Shown: in pieces, positions 18,289 through 27,991 of the stretch
How the letters are laid out: each line of letters begins with the position of its first letter
How positions within the stretch are numbered: the first letter of the stretch is position 1
From: Thermodesulfovibrionales bacterium
Lineage (GTDB): Bacteria; Nitrospirota; Thermodesulfovibrionia; Thermodesulfovibrionales; UBA9159
Direction of reading: 5' to 3'
Assembly: GCA_919901585.1 (NCBI GenBank)
Contig: CAKKPH010000052.1
Location: 1 to 39,414 of the forward strand
Length of the DNA: 39,414 bases
Made by a program: the position numbers and the translations under genes
Notes under the pieces: model-generated
Told to the model about the DNA's origin: nothing
What the model saw: only the letters and a program-made list of their open reading frames with translations
Database searches by the model: none

Positions 18289-20394
18289 TTGATGACTAAG
18301 GTTGTAGAAATTGAGATTAGAGGCAAAAAGCTTTACATTGAGACAGGCGAGATAGCAAGGCAGAGCGACGGTGCAGTTGTCCTGAAATACGGAGATACTG
18401 TTGTGCTTGCTACTGCGGTAGCAGACAAGAAGGTCAAGGAGGGCATTGATTTTTTCCCCCTGACTGTTGATTATCAGGAAAAGACTTATGCTGCAGGAAA
18501 GATACCCGGGGGATTTTTTAAGAGAGAAGGCAGACCTTCTGAAAAGGAGATATTGACATCACGTCTTGTAGACAGGCCTATAAGGCCGCTGTTCCCTGAC
18601 GGTTTTTATTCAGAGACACAGGGGATAGCCTCTGTGCTTTCCTATGGAGATGAAAATGTTTCGGACATTCTCGGGATAATAGGGATGTCTGCTGCATTAA
18701 TGATATCGGATATCCCCTTCAATGGCCCTGTAGGGGCAGTCAAGGTGGGGTTATTGGACGGCAATCTGATAATAAACCCCAACTTTGCTGAAATGGATAA
18801 ACTCGAGCTTAGCATTGTGGTCGCAGGCACAGAGGATGCTGTCCTCATGGTCGAGGGCGGCGCATCTGAGGTCTCGGAGAAGGTGCTGCTTGAGGCAATT
18901 GGCTTTGCGCATTCAGAGATCAAAAAAATCACAGCCATACAAAAGGAGTTGAGGTCTCTTGCCGGAAGAGAAAAAAGACCTCTTACCCCTAAGAAGACGG
19001 ATGAAGAACTGAAGAATAATATAAGCGACCATGTTATCGGTAAGATGAAGGATTTCATAACCATCCATGGTAAACAGAAAAGGCAGGAGGCGCTTGACGT
19101 CCTGCTTGCAGAGACAATCAAACATTTTAATACCGGAGGGAGCGACCTCACAAGGGAGATTGCAAATATCTTCTTTGATATAGAGAAAAACCTTGTCAGG
19201 AAGATGATCATAGATAACGGGATACGGTCTGACGGAAGGAGGCCTGATGAGATAAGGCAGATACGTTCTACGGTCGGGCTTCTCCCGAGGGCTCATGGCT
19301 CTGCGCTTTTTACGAGGGGTGAGACACAGGCAATAGTTGCTGCTACTCTCGGCACCGCAGACGATGAACAGAAGATAGATTCACTTGAGGGCGAAACATA
19401 CAAAACCTTTATGCTCCATTATAACTTCCCTCCGTTCAGTGTGGGCGAGGTGAAGTATCTGAGGTCTCCGGGAAGGCGTGAGATCGGCCACGGCGCACTC
19501 GCAGAAAGGGCGCTCAAGCCTGTTATCCCGCCAAAGGAGGTCTTCCCCTATACAATCAGGGTGGTTTCCGACATCCTCGAATCCAACGGCTCTTCTTCGA
19601 TGGCGAGCGTCTGCGGGTCGACACTCGCACTTATGGACGGGGGCGTGCCTATAAAGGCGCCTGTAGCTGGCATTGCGATGGGCCTTATTCAGGAGGGCGA
19701 AAAGACAGTTGTCCTGACGGATATCCTCGGGCTTGAGGACCATCTCGGTGATATGGACTTTAAGGTGACAGGCACAGAAAAGGGCATTACTGCATTTCAG
19801 ATGGACGTGAAGATCAGTGGCGTGAGCAAGGATATTATGGAGCGCGCGCTTGAGCAGGCAAGGCTCGGCAGGCTTTTCATAATCGGTAAGATCAAAGAGA
19901 CCCTGGCAGTGCCGAGGGAGAACATTGCGCCGCATGCGCCGAGGATCTATACCATGCAAATAAAGCAGGAGAAGATAAGGGATGTTATCGGTTCAGGCGG
20001 CAAGGTCATCAGGGGCATTATTGAGCAGACAGGGGTCAAGATAGACATAAATGATGCCGGGCTGATAAACATAGCCTCGCCGGACGAGTCGGCTGCCGCA
20101 AAGGCGATGGATATCATCCGGGGCCTTATTGCAGAGGCCGAGATCGGCAAGATATATTCCGGGAAGGTGAAGAGGATAGTTGATTTCGGTGCCTTTGTAG
20201 AGATCCTGCCCGGCACTGAAGGGCTGCTTCATATCTCCCAGATATCTGAAAAGAGGATTGCAAAAGTCAGCGATGAGTTGAGAGAGGGCGATGAGGTCCT
20301 CGTCAAGGTTATAGAGATCGACAGAGTCGGTAAGATAAGGCTGAGCAGGAAAGAGGCCATGAGGGACGAATCTGCAAGGAGAGGGGGGGATTAG
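18289..20394 (+). CDS. pnp: Polyribonucleotide nucleotidyltransferase (PNPase)
   Basis: 701 aa: two RNase PH domains, a KH domain (GSGGKVIRGI) and an S1 domain (GKVKRIVDFGAFVEI). The start is TTG at 18289 or ATG at 18292. Confidence 0.97.
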   Translation: MMTKVVEIEIRGKKLYIETGEIARQSDGAVVLKYGDTVVLATAVADKKVKEGIDFFPLTVDYQEKTYAAGKIPGGFFKREGRPSEKEILTSRLVDRPIRPLFPDGFYSETQGIASVLSYGDENVSDILGIIGMSAALMISDIPFNGPVGAVKVGLLDGNLIINPNFAEMDKLELSIVVAGTEDAVLMVEGGASEVSEKVLLEAIGFAHSEIKKITAIQKELRSLAGREKRPLTPKKTDEELKNNISDHVIGKMKDFITIHGKQKRQEALDVLLAETIKHFNTGGSDLTREIANIFFDIEKNLVRKMIIDNGIRSDGRRPDEIRQIRSTVGLLPRAHGSALFTRGETQAIVAATLGTADDEQKIDSLEGETYKTFMLHYNFPPFSVGEVKYLRSPGRREIGHGALAERALKPVIPPKEVFPYTIRVVSDILESNGSSSMASVCGSTLALMDGGVPIKAPVAGIAMGLIQEGEKTVVLTDILGLEDHLGDMDFKVTGTEKGITAFQMDVKISGVSKDIMERALEQARLGRLFIIGKIKETLAVPRENIAPHAPRIYTMQIKQEKIRDVIGSGGKVIRGIIEQTGVKIDINDAGLINIASPDESAAAKAMDIIRGLIAEAEIGKIYSGKVKRIVDFGAFVEILPGTEGLLHISQISEKRIAKVSDELREGDEVLVKVIEIDRVGKIRLSRKEAMRDESARRGGD

Positions 20395-20409
20395 CCCCTT
20401 TCCCTCGGT

Positions 20410-20805
20410 TTAGCGCTGGGCCTGCTTAAGCCGCTTGAATTCTTCGGGCAATCTCACAGGCTTCCAGTTTTTGTTTATACATGCGACAGTAACCAACGCC
20501 TCTGCAAGCGGAGTGCCGTCTCTTAAAATCCTGTGTTTTATTTTAAGGGAGGCATTCCTCATCTCTACTGTCTCCGTGGTCACAGAGATAATATCCCCGA
20601 GCCTCGCAGGCTGCATGTAACTAATGTCGACATGAGTTACTGCAAAGAAATAACCGGTGTCGTGGTAGTCTTTTATGCTTACGCCGATATCCGATAAAAG
20701 CTCTGTCCTGGCGCGTTCGAGGTACTTGAGGTAGTTGGCGTAATAAACTACACCGGCAGCATCTGTGTCTTCATAGTATATCTGTATCTTAAGCGGCTCT
20801 GTCAT
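20410..20805 (-). CDS. YbgC/4HBT-family acyl-CoA thioesterase
   Basis: 131 aa with the hot-dog fold signature YYEDTDAAGVVYYANYLKY. Confidence 0.85.
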   Translation of the reverse strand: MTEPLKIQIYYEDTDAAGVVYYANYLKYLERARTELLSDIGVSIKDYHDTGYFFAVTHVDISYMQPARLGDIISVTTETVEMRNASLKIKHRILRDGTPLAEALVTVACINKNWKPVRLPEEFKRLKQAQR

Positions 20806-20913
20806 CCTTTTATTATACTATTTTTAGACAGGCCTTATTCAACATCAGGGCCGAGCAATATTCTATAATACAAAGGCGTCATGATTGATTCCTGTTTTGA
20901 TGGAGGGTAAGGG

Positions 20914-22161
20914 ATGTTCAGAAAATACCAGCTTGAAAACGGCATACCGCTTGTTGTTGAGCGTATAGAAAATGTCCGTTCTGTGACCCTCGGCATATGG
21001 GTTAAGGTCGGTTCAAGAATCGAGCCTTCCGGCAAGAACGGCATATCACACTTCCTCGAGCATATGTTCTTCAAGGGCACAAAGAAGCGGAGCGCCAGGG
21101 ACATAGCAGTGGATATAGATTCTGTCGGAGGTGATCTTAACGCCTTTACTTCAAGGGAGACGACGACATTCTATGTCAAGGTGCTTGATGAGCACATAGA
21201 AAGGGGTATTGACCTCCTGACAGACATATTCCTCCATTCGACCTTCCCTGAAGACGACATCGAGAAGGAGAAGAACATTATAAAAGAAGAGATAAAGATG
21301 GTGGAGGACACTCCTGACGACTATATCCATGACCTTTTTTATCAGGATGTCTGGGGAGGTTCCGGCATAGGCCAGCCGATCCTCGGCAACAGGGATACAA
21401 TAAAGTCGTTCAACAGGGAAGACATCATGTCCCACATAAGAAAATACTACGGCACAAGGGACACTGTCATTGCATGCGCGGGCAACTTTAACCCTCAGAA
21501 ACTTCTCGACATGCTCAATCATTCACTCGGGAGCCTGAGAAGGGGGTCAGAGCCTGATATGGGGAGTTTCCCGTTATTCAGGCCGGTGACATCTGTTTAT
21601 ACAAAGGACCTTTCTGAGGTGCATGTATGCCTCGGTGTCGAGTCGATATCGCAGGTCAGCAAGGAGAGGTATGCGCTCTATATCCTGAATGCAATATTAG
21701 GAGCGAGCGTAAGCTCAAGGCTCTTTCAGGAAATAAGGGAGAAGAGGGGGCTTGCATATTCGATATATTCATTTGTAGCGTCCTATATCGATACAGGGCT
21801 ATGGGGCGTCTATGCAGGCACTGCAAAGAAGAGGGTGCCCGAGGTTATAGAGCTTATTGCAAGAGAGATCAAGGGCCTGAGCAACACTGTCACTGTTTCA
21901 GAGCTGAAAAAATCAAAGGATCAGATAAAGGGCAATCTCATAATGGCGCTCGAATCCACGAGCAGCAGGGTGCAGAACCTCGCGCGTCAGGAGATCTACC
22001 ATGGCAGGCATTTCTCGGCTGATGAGATCATAAGGGAGGTAGATGTAGTGACCCTTGAACAGGTAAAGGAGCTTCTCGAAAGGCTTGTTCATGAAAAGGC
22101 CTTCGCTTTAACCCTGCTCGGTCCTGTTAGTGAAAAGGATGTTAAGGGGATCTTCTCCTGA
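20914..22161 (+). CDS. M16-family (pitrilysin/insulinase-like) zinc peptidase
   Basis: 415 aa with the inverted zinc motif HFLEHMFFKGT (HxxEH) near the N-terminus. Confidence 0.88.
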   Translation: MFRKYQLENGIPLVVERIENVRSVTLGIWVKVGSRIEPSGKNGISHFLEHMFFKGTKKRSARDIAVDIDSVGGDLNAFTSRETTTFYVKVLDEHIERGIDLLTDIFLHSTFPEDDIEKEKNIIKEEIKMVEDTPDDYIHDLFYQDVWGGSGIGQPILGNRDTIKSFNREDIMSHIRKYYGTRDTVIACAGNFNPQKLLDMLNHSLGSLRRGSEPDMGSFPLFRPVTSVYTKDLSEVHVCLGVESISQVSKERYALYILNAILGASVSSRLFQEIREKRGLAYSIYSFVASYIDTGLWGVYAGTAKKRVPEVIELIAREIKGLSNTVTVSELKKSKDQIKGNLIMALESTSSRVQNLARQEIYHGRHFSADEIIREVDVVTLEQVKELLERLVHEKAFALTLLGPVSEKDVKGIFS

Positions 22162-23275
22162 GCGCTTCTATTGAAGCGGATATTATATCTATAGCTTCCA
22201 TTATCTCTTTTTCGGTATTGTCTTTGCCGGTGCTGAGCCTGATTGAAGACAGGGCATCCTGTTCTGAGATCCCCATTGACAGGAGTATTGAGGACGGCTT
22301 CCTGCTGCCGGCATGGCATGCAGAACCGGATGATGCTGCAACCCTTTCTCCGAGCCTCTCAAGCAGATCGGCTGCATCTACTCCCCGGACAGATATATTT
22401 ACAGTGTTCGGCAGCCTCAGGGTCTCATGGCCGTTTAATGTGATGCTGCCGGCCCTTTGCCTTAGGCCGTTATAGAGCATGGTTGTAAGGCTAAGGGTCT
22501 GCGAGGCCCATAAGCTGGTATATCTTGATGAAAGCTCACATGCCTTTCCAAGCCCTGCTATCGCGGGGACATTCTCTGTGCCGGGCCTGAGCCCTGACTC
22601 GTGTGCTGCACCGGACATGACCGGTTTTATAGTCAGACCTTTTCTTATGTAAAGCGCACCTATACCCTTTGGGCCATAGAACTTGTGGGCTGCTATTGTC
22701 AGCATGTCAATATTGAGTTCATCGGCCTTTACAGGTATCTTCCCTGCTGATTGAGCAGCGTCGGTATGGAATGGTATATTCCGCTGCCTTGTTATTCCTC
22801 CTATCTCTTTTAGCGGCTGAAGAACGCCTGTCTCATTGTTGGCATGCATTATTGTGACGAGGATGGTGTCATGCCTTATAGCCCTCTCGACATCCTCAGC
22901 GCTGACCCTGCCGTCCCTGCCCGCAGGGACATAGGTTATCTCGAAACCGTTTTCTTCAAGGTGCCGGCAGGTATTCATTACAGAAGGGTGCTCGATAATA
23001 GACGTTATTATATGCCCCCTTTTGTTTTTAGAAGCAATACCGGTTATGGCGAGGTTGTTCGATTCAGTTCCGCCTGATGTGAAGAATATCTCATGCGGTG
23101 ATGCATTAATGAGTGAGGCGACCATTTCCCGGGCAGTCTCAACAGCCTCTCTTGCGGTCCTTCCTGCCTTGTGGCTGCTTGATGGATTGCCGAAATTATT
23201 ACGAAGCGCAAAAATAACAGCCTCAGCTACCTCAGGATCGACAGGTGTAGAGGCATTGTTGTCAAGGTATATCAC
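22142..23275 (-). CDS. Cysteine desulfurase (NifS/IscS class)
   Basis: 377 aa with the PLP-lysine context AHKFYGPKG and the active-site Cys loop SSGSACHAG. It overlaps rapZ by 4 nt. Confidence 0.9.
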   Translation of the reverse strand: MIYLDNNASTPVDPEVAEAVIFALRNNFGNPSSSHKAGRTAREAVETAREMVASLINASPHEIFFTSGGTESNNLAITGIASKNKRGHIITSIIEHPSVMNTCRHLEENGFEITYVPAGRDGRVSAEDVERAIRHDTILVTIMHANNETGVLQPLKEIGGITRQRNIPFHTDAAQSAGKIPVKADELNIDMLTIAAHKFYGPKGIGALYIRKGLTIKPVMSGAAHESGLRPGTENVPAIAGLGKACELSSRYTSLWASQTLSLTTMLYNGLRQRAGSITLNGHETLRLPNTVNISVRGVDAADLLERLGERVAASSGSACHAGSRKPSSILLSMGISEQDALSSIRLSTGKDNTEKEIMEAIDIISASIEALRRRSP

Positions 23276-24132
23276 AGCCCGATATCCCTGTGGATGATAT
23301 CAGTATCGACATTATGTCTCATCTTTATAGCCTTTGCTATCGCCTCTGCTATTGCAGGCGAGCGGTGCTTGCCGCCGGTACAGCCAAAACCGACAGTAAG
23401 GTATGCCTTCCCCTCATTAACGTAATGAGGTATGAGGAAGTTCAGCAGATCAGCGGTCTTGTCCATGAACTCCTGCGTTGCCGCGGGTTTTAACACAAAG
23501 TCCTTTACAGCATTATCAGTACCGGTTAGCTCGCGTAATTCAGGCACGAAATGTGGATTCGGGATGAACCTCACATCAAAGAGGAGGTCAATGTTCTGGG
23601 GGATGCCGTATTTGAATCCAAATGAGATGACGGTTATCACCATGGTACTGTCCTGTCCCTGAGGCTTGTAAAAAGATGATATAGTATGCCTGAGCTGGTG
23701 GGGCGTATAGGCTGTGGTATCAAGTATCTTATCGGCCTCTTCCCGGAGTGGTGATAAGAGGTCTTTTTCCTTTGTGATCGCCTCGTCAAGGTGTATGCCT
23801 GTTGAGGTCAGGGGATGAGGCCTCCTCGTCTCCTTGAATCTCCTTATCAGTGCATCCCTGTCAGCCTCGAGGAATATTATCTCTACGTTGTATTTCTTTC
23901 TGAGGGCATTCAGCACGGCTTTTACAGAGGGGAGAAATTCCTTTTCCCTTATGTCAACTCCGATTCCGACCTTCCGTTTATGGTCGGCTGATGTTATTAT
24001 GGATGCAAACGGTTTTATAAACGTGACAGGAAGGTTGTCTACGCAATAAAACCCCTGATCCTCAAGCGCCCTCAGGGCGACTGTCTTTCCAGAGCCTGCA
24101 AGGCCGGAGATTATTACGATTGTAGGTTTCAC
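23272..24132 (-). CDS. rapZ: RNase adapter protein RapZ (YhbJ family)
   Basis: 286 aa with GLAGSGKTVALRALEDQGFYCVDNLP and a C-terminal CTGGKHRS motif. GTG start. Confidence 0.92.
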   Translation of the reverse strand: MKPTIVIISGLAGSGKTVALRALEDQGFYCVDNLPVTFIKPFASIITSADHKRKVGIGVDIREKEFLPSVKAVLNALRKKYNVEIIFLEADRDALIRRFKETRRPHPLTSTGIHLDEAITKEKDLLSPLREEADKILDTTAYTPHQLRHTISSFYKPQGQDSTMVITVISFGFKYGIPQNIDLLFDVRFIPNPHFVPELRELTGTDNAVKDFVLKPAATQEFMDKTADLLNFLIPHYVNEGKAYLTVGFGCTGGKHRSPAIAEAIAKAIKMRHNVDTDIIHRDIGL

Positions 24133-24205
24133 AATTAGCTGTCTGCTCTAAGCCGTCAGCTGTCATCTGCGAATAATTACCGGATGCTGACGCCGGCGGC
24201 TTGTA

Positions 24206-24727
24206 TTATCGTTTAACCGGCTCTATCAGCCCGTAATTGCCGTCTTTCCTCCTGTATATGACATTTATATCCCCGCTCGTATCGTTAGCGAATACGAAAA
24301 AGTCTTTGTCGAGAAGGTCCATCTGCATAACCGCTTCTTCAGGGCTCATAGGCTTCATATCAAACCGTTTCTTTTTGATTATCGTTCCTTCCTCGTAAAA
24401 AGGAGCTGCGGGTACTGCAGATGCTTTGTTTTCGCCTTTTCTGTGGGAGACGAGTTTCTCCTTGTATTTTTTTACCTGCTTTTCGAGCTTTTCTACGACC
24501 TCATCTATTGAGGAATATATCTCGCCCGTGATCCCCTCAGCCTGTATCATCACGCCGTTTGCCTTTAACAATACCTCGACCTTATGCCTGTATTTTTCGA
24601 CGCTGAGCGTGACGACCGCCTCTGTGATATTGGACAGGTATTTCTCAAATTTGCCTATCTTCTCTTCCGCATAGCTTTTGAGAGCAGGTGTGACTTCAAG
24701 GTGTCTTCCGTTTACTAGTATCTTCAT
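24206..24727 (-). CDS. hpf: Ribosome hibernation promoting factor, long form
   Basis: 173 aa: an N-terminal sigma-54-modulation/YfiA fold (MKILVNGRHLEVTPALKSYAEEK) plus a C-terminal dimerisation domain (KPMSPEEA..QMDLLDKDFFVF...INVIYRRKDGNYGLIEP). Confidence 0.92.
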   Translation of the reverse strand: MKILVNGRHLEVTPALKSYAEEKIGKFEKYLSNITEAVVTLSVEKYRHKVEVLLKANGVMIQAEGITGEIYSSIDEVVEKLEKQVKKYKEKLVSHRKGENKASAVPAAPFYEEGTIIKKKRFDMKPMSPEEAVMQMDLLDKDFFVFANDTSGDINVIYRRKDGNYGLIEPVKR

Positions 24728-24765
24728 CTCTCCTCCTATGGATTAAGTTAGTCTAAGGTGTTCGA

Positions 24766-26217
24766 CTAATATTCGATCTTTTTTCGTGACCCCTGCGAAG
24801 GGATCTTCAGTTCCTCCCTGTATTTGGCAACAGTCCTCCTTGCAATAGTTATATCCTTTGACTTAAGGACGTCGGCTATCCTCTGGTCGCTAAAAGGTTT
24901 TGCCTGGTCTTCTTCGGACACCAGTTTCCTGATGAGGTCTTTTACTAATGTCGATGATATTGTGCCGGCAGAGCCCTGAAGTGCACTGCTGAAAAAGAAC
25001 CTGAAACTGTATAGCCCGTGGCTGCAGGACAGGAATTTGTTTGAGGTGACCCTGCTGATGGTGCTCTCATGCATGCCAAGCTCCTGTGAGACATCCTTCA
25101 GGTTAAGGGGTTTGAGTACAGAAACTCCGATGTCAAAGAAGTCCCTCTGGAAGTTCAGTATACACTCAGTCACCCTGTAGATAGTCTTGTTCCTCTGGTC
25201 GAGACTCTTCAGAAGCCATATTGCAGAACGGATCTTCTCGTCGACAAACAGCCTTTCCTCTTTTGAGAGGGTGCCCTTAAGCATAAGCATGAGCTTCCTG
25301 TAATGATTGCTTAGCCTTACCCTCGGCAGGCCCTCGTCGTTAAGAAGGATCTGGTAGCCGTCCTCAGTCTTTGCTACGTAGACATCAGGCATTATATATA
25401 TTGTAGCTGAAGAAGAGAAGTTCCTTGCAGGTTTTGGTTCAAGCCCTTCAATTATGCCGATTGCAGCCATTATGTCATCGAGAGGGGCATTGTATTGGCG
25501 TGCGATCTGCTGGTATCTCTTCTTCTCGACATCCGGGAGGTTGTCAAGCACTATATGTTCAACAAGGCTGCCGGAGAGGTTGAGAGCCCTGAGCTGTATC
25601 AGAAGGCATTCCTTTAAGTCCCTTGCAGCAATCCCGGGCGGATCGAACCCCTGAACGAGCCTTATTGCATGGCGGACATCGCTTATGCCGGCATTTTCTG
25701 TCTGGACTATCTCTTCTTCTGTAGTGCGGAGGTATCCGTTTTCGTCAATATTGCCGATAACGACCTCGCCGATCCTCTTTATCTCCTCATCAGCATCAGA
25801 GAGCCCCAACTGCCAGAGCAGGTGTTCGCTCAGGTTGACTGATGTCTGGAGGAACTGCTCGTATGAGGGCTGTTCAACAAGGCCCGGATTAAAATACCCG
25901 AGGTCCCTGCCGTCACTGCCCCGTTCGTCAAAATACTCCTGAACACTGAAGCTGTTGAGATTTGTCATCAGCCTCTCTAAGGGAGCCTCTGTATCATCAG
26001 ATGCCTCAGGGGTCTCGATGTTCTCAATCTCTTCCTTTGTGAGGTTTTCCTTTTCCTCGACCACCTCTTCAAGAAAGGGGTTTTCTGTCAGCTCCATGTT
26101 TATAGCCTCCGACAACTCAAGCTGGGGCATCTGGAGGAGCTTTATCGCAAGCTGGAGCTGCGGCGTCAGGATAAGCTTCTGGGCTAATTTCAGTTCTAAT
26201 CTGTTTTCGAGTGCCAT
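24766..26217 (-). CDS. rpoN: RNA polymerase sigma-54 factor
   Basis: 483 aa: a Gln/Leu-rich N-terminus (LELKLAQKLILTPQLQLAIKLLQMP), an HTH and the RpoN box ARRTVAKYR. Confidence 0.96.
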   Translation of the reverse strand: MALENRLELKLAQKLILTPQLQLAIKLLQMPQLELSEAINMELTENPFLEEVVEEKENLTKEEIENIETPEASDDTEAPLERLMTNLNSFSVQEYFDERGSDGRDLGYFNPGLVEQPSYEQFLQTSVNLSEHLLWQLGLSDADEEIKRIGEVVIGNIDENGYLRTTEEEIVQTENAGISDVRHAIRLVQGFDPPGIAARDLKECLLIQLRALNLSGSLVEHIVLDNLPDVEKKRYQQIARQYNAPLDDIMAAIGIIEGLEPKPARNFSSSATIYIMPDVYVAKTEDGYQILLNDEGLPRVRLSNHYRKLMLMLKGTLSKEERLFVDEKIRSAIWLLKSLDQRNKTIYRVTECILNFQRDFFDIGVSVLKPLNLKDVSQELGMHESTISRVTSNKFLSCSHGLYSFRFFFSSALQGSAGTISSTLVKDLIRKLVSEEDQAKPFSDQRIADVLKSKDITIARRTVAKYREELKIPSQGSRKKIEY

Positions 26218-26939
26218 CAGAGCGTGAACCCGTCTCCCAGATAGGTCTCTTTAACTCTCGTGTTCGCTATGAGTCTTTCTGGGGCCCCTTCGTCGAGGAT
26301 GCTGCCGTTGCTTATTATATATGCCCTGTCTGTTATCGAGAGAGTTTCCCTCACGTTATGGTCTGTGACGAGTATGCCGAGGCCTTTTTGCTTCAGATAA
26401 AGCAGCATCTTTTTAAGCTCTATGATAGCGATGGGATCGATGCCGGCAAAAGGTTCATCAAATAATATGAATGTCGGGTTTGTGGCGATTGTCCTCGCAA
26501 TCTCAGCCCTCCTTCTTTCGCCGCCTGACAATTGATAAGCCTGTCTCTCTGAAAATTCCCTCAAATTAAACTCGTCCAGAAGCAGCTCGACCCTCTCGTC
26601 TATAGAAGATTGAGTATATCCCTTGATCTCGAGTATTGCCCTGAAATTATCCCGGACAGTGAGCTTTCTGAAGATGGAAGGCTCCTGCGGCAAGTAGCTG
26701 ATTCCCTTGAGCGCCCTCTTATACACCGGAAGCCTGCTGATATCCTCGTTATCGAGGCTGATGCTCCCGCTGTCAGGCCTTATCATGCCGACGATCATGT
26801 AAAAGGTTGTTGTCTTGCCTGCGCCGTTTGGACCTAAAAGGCCGACGATCTCGCCTGTCGAGACATAGACGTTCAGTCTTTCAACAGCCATTTTGCCCTT
26901 GTAACTTTTTGAGAGGTCTTTTGCCTGAAGAACGTGCAT
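26217..26939 (-). CDS. lptB: LPS export ABC transporter ATP-binding protein LptB
   Basis: 240 aa with Walker A GPNGAGKTT, signature LSGGERRR and Walker B ILFDEP. It sits between lptA and rpoN. Confidence 0.95.
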   Translation of the reverse strand: MHVLQAKDLSKSYKGKMAVERLNVYVSTGEIVGLLGPNGAGKTTTFYMIVGMIRPDSGSISLDNEDISRLPVYKRALKGISYLPQEPSIFRKLTVRDNFRAILEIKGYTQSSIDERVELLLDEFNLREFSERQAYQLSGGERRRAEIARTIATNPTFILFDEPFAGIDPIAIIELKKMLLYLKQKGLGILVTDHNVRETLSITDRAYIISNGSILDEGAPERLIANTRVKETYLGDGFTL

Positions 26940-27457
26940 TACTTATGGTCCCTGTTTTCGATGAAGGCCCTGCTGTTTTCTACGACAGAACGGTCCTCAT
27001 TTATATAGTATGTCATCTTTGTGCCGTGTATGACAGTGCCGCCCTCGGAAGCCCTCGGCTGCCCCGTGAACACAACCTTCTCTTCCCCTGCGAAATATAC
27101 TGCAGCCGCCGAAGTGATTATCCTGTCACCCTTTAAGACCTTCACATTTCCTTCAGCATCTATCTTTGTTATGTTGCCTCCGTCGCTGTAATGGACGAGC
27201 ATTTTGTCGGAGTGTATGGTCATGCTCTCTGTCTTCGCCGTTACATTGCCTTCGAAGAGAGCTGTGCGGGCCTTGTTGTCAGCAGTCAGGGTTGAAGACG
27301 TCACAACCACAGGCCCTTTGGATACAAAAGGTTTTTTGTCCTGAGCAAACACAGGAGATGAGAACAGGGAGAGTATAACTGAGCAAAAGACAAAGACGCC
27401 CCATCTCAGTATCCCCTTATTGCCGGAATTAGGCCTAAAAGAATGTGGCTTTAACAT
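26939..27457 (-). CDS. lptA: LPS transport periplasmic protein LptA (OstA-like)
   Basis: 172 aa with a signal peptide (VFVFCSVILSLFSSPVFA|QD) and repeated OstA-type strands (ALFEGNV...GNVKV). Positioned between lptC and lptB. Confidence 0.75.
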   Translation of the reverse strand: MLKPHSFRPNSGNKGILRWGVFVFCSVILSLFSSPVFAQDKKPFVSKGPVVVTSSTLTADNKARTALFEGNVTAKTESMTIHSDKMLVHYSDGGNITKIDAEGNVKVLKGDRIITSAAAVYFAGEEKVVFTGQPRASEGGTVIHGTKMTYYINEDRSVVENSRAFIENRDHK

Positions 27458-27935
27458 TTTTCATCAGTTTGACTTTCTGGTCTTCAGTTGCGGAGAACCC
27501 GTCTCCCTCGACCCTGAATCTTGAGCCTTCAACCCTGATAGAGCCGTCGGTCTTCAGGTCTCCGGTTGAAGAGTTCCACGATAAGCTGTTTGCTGAGATT
27601 ACAGAATCTTTTATATGGATCTTAATATTATTGTTCAGTTCTATGTCTCTGGTTGATGTATTATATGTCCCCTTATCGGCGTTAAGCACAATCCCTTCCT
27701 TGATTATGTTCACAGTGACTGATTCCATCCTCGCAATGGTCTCGTCCCTTGTGAAGTCTGCCCTCTTTGCATCGATCACAAATGAGTCAACGCCGTTTTT
27801 CTTGTTTACAATCCGCAGGCCCTCTATATATGAATGGGCCTTCACAGAAAGGTCTTTTTTGTAGTCCCTGTCTGTGTCTATCAGGAAGTAAGACATGAGC
27901 ATAAGAATAAAGGCAAAGGGAAACAAGAATTTCAT
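27435..27935 (-). CDS. lptC: LPS export protein LptC (membrane-anchored)
   Basis: 166 aa with an N-terminal TM anchor (FLFPFAFILMLMSYFLI) and a beta-rich periplasmic domain. It lies immediately upstream of lptA. Confidence 0.65.
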   Translation of the reverse strand: MKFLFPFAFILMLMSYFLIDTDRDYKKDLSVKAHSYIEGLRIVNKKNGVDSFVIDAKRADFTRDETIARMESVTVNIIKEGIVLNADKGTYNTSTRDIELNNNIKIHIKDSVISANSLSWNSSTGDLKTDGSIRVEGSRFRVEGDGFSATEDQKVKLMKNVKATFF

Positions 27936-27991
27936 ATAGAGATTTTATCACATAAGGAGGGCTTAGTAAAGCAAAAAATATACCATGTTGG

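Noticed and set aside
17925-18326. 133-aa minus-strand ORF containing the [12 protein letters not shown] repeat.
   Set aside because: The repeat is simply the antisense translation of the 12-nt periodic rpsO-pnp spacer, and the rest is antisense to rpsO.
18642-19959. Minus-strand ORFs of 189, 127 and 192 aa inside pnp.
   Set aside because: They are shadow frames of the PNPase gene, with compositionally biased translations (S/F/L or R/H/C-rich).
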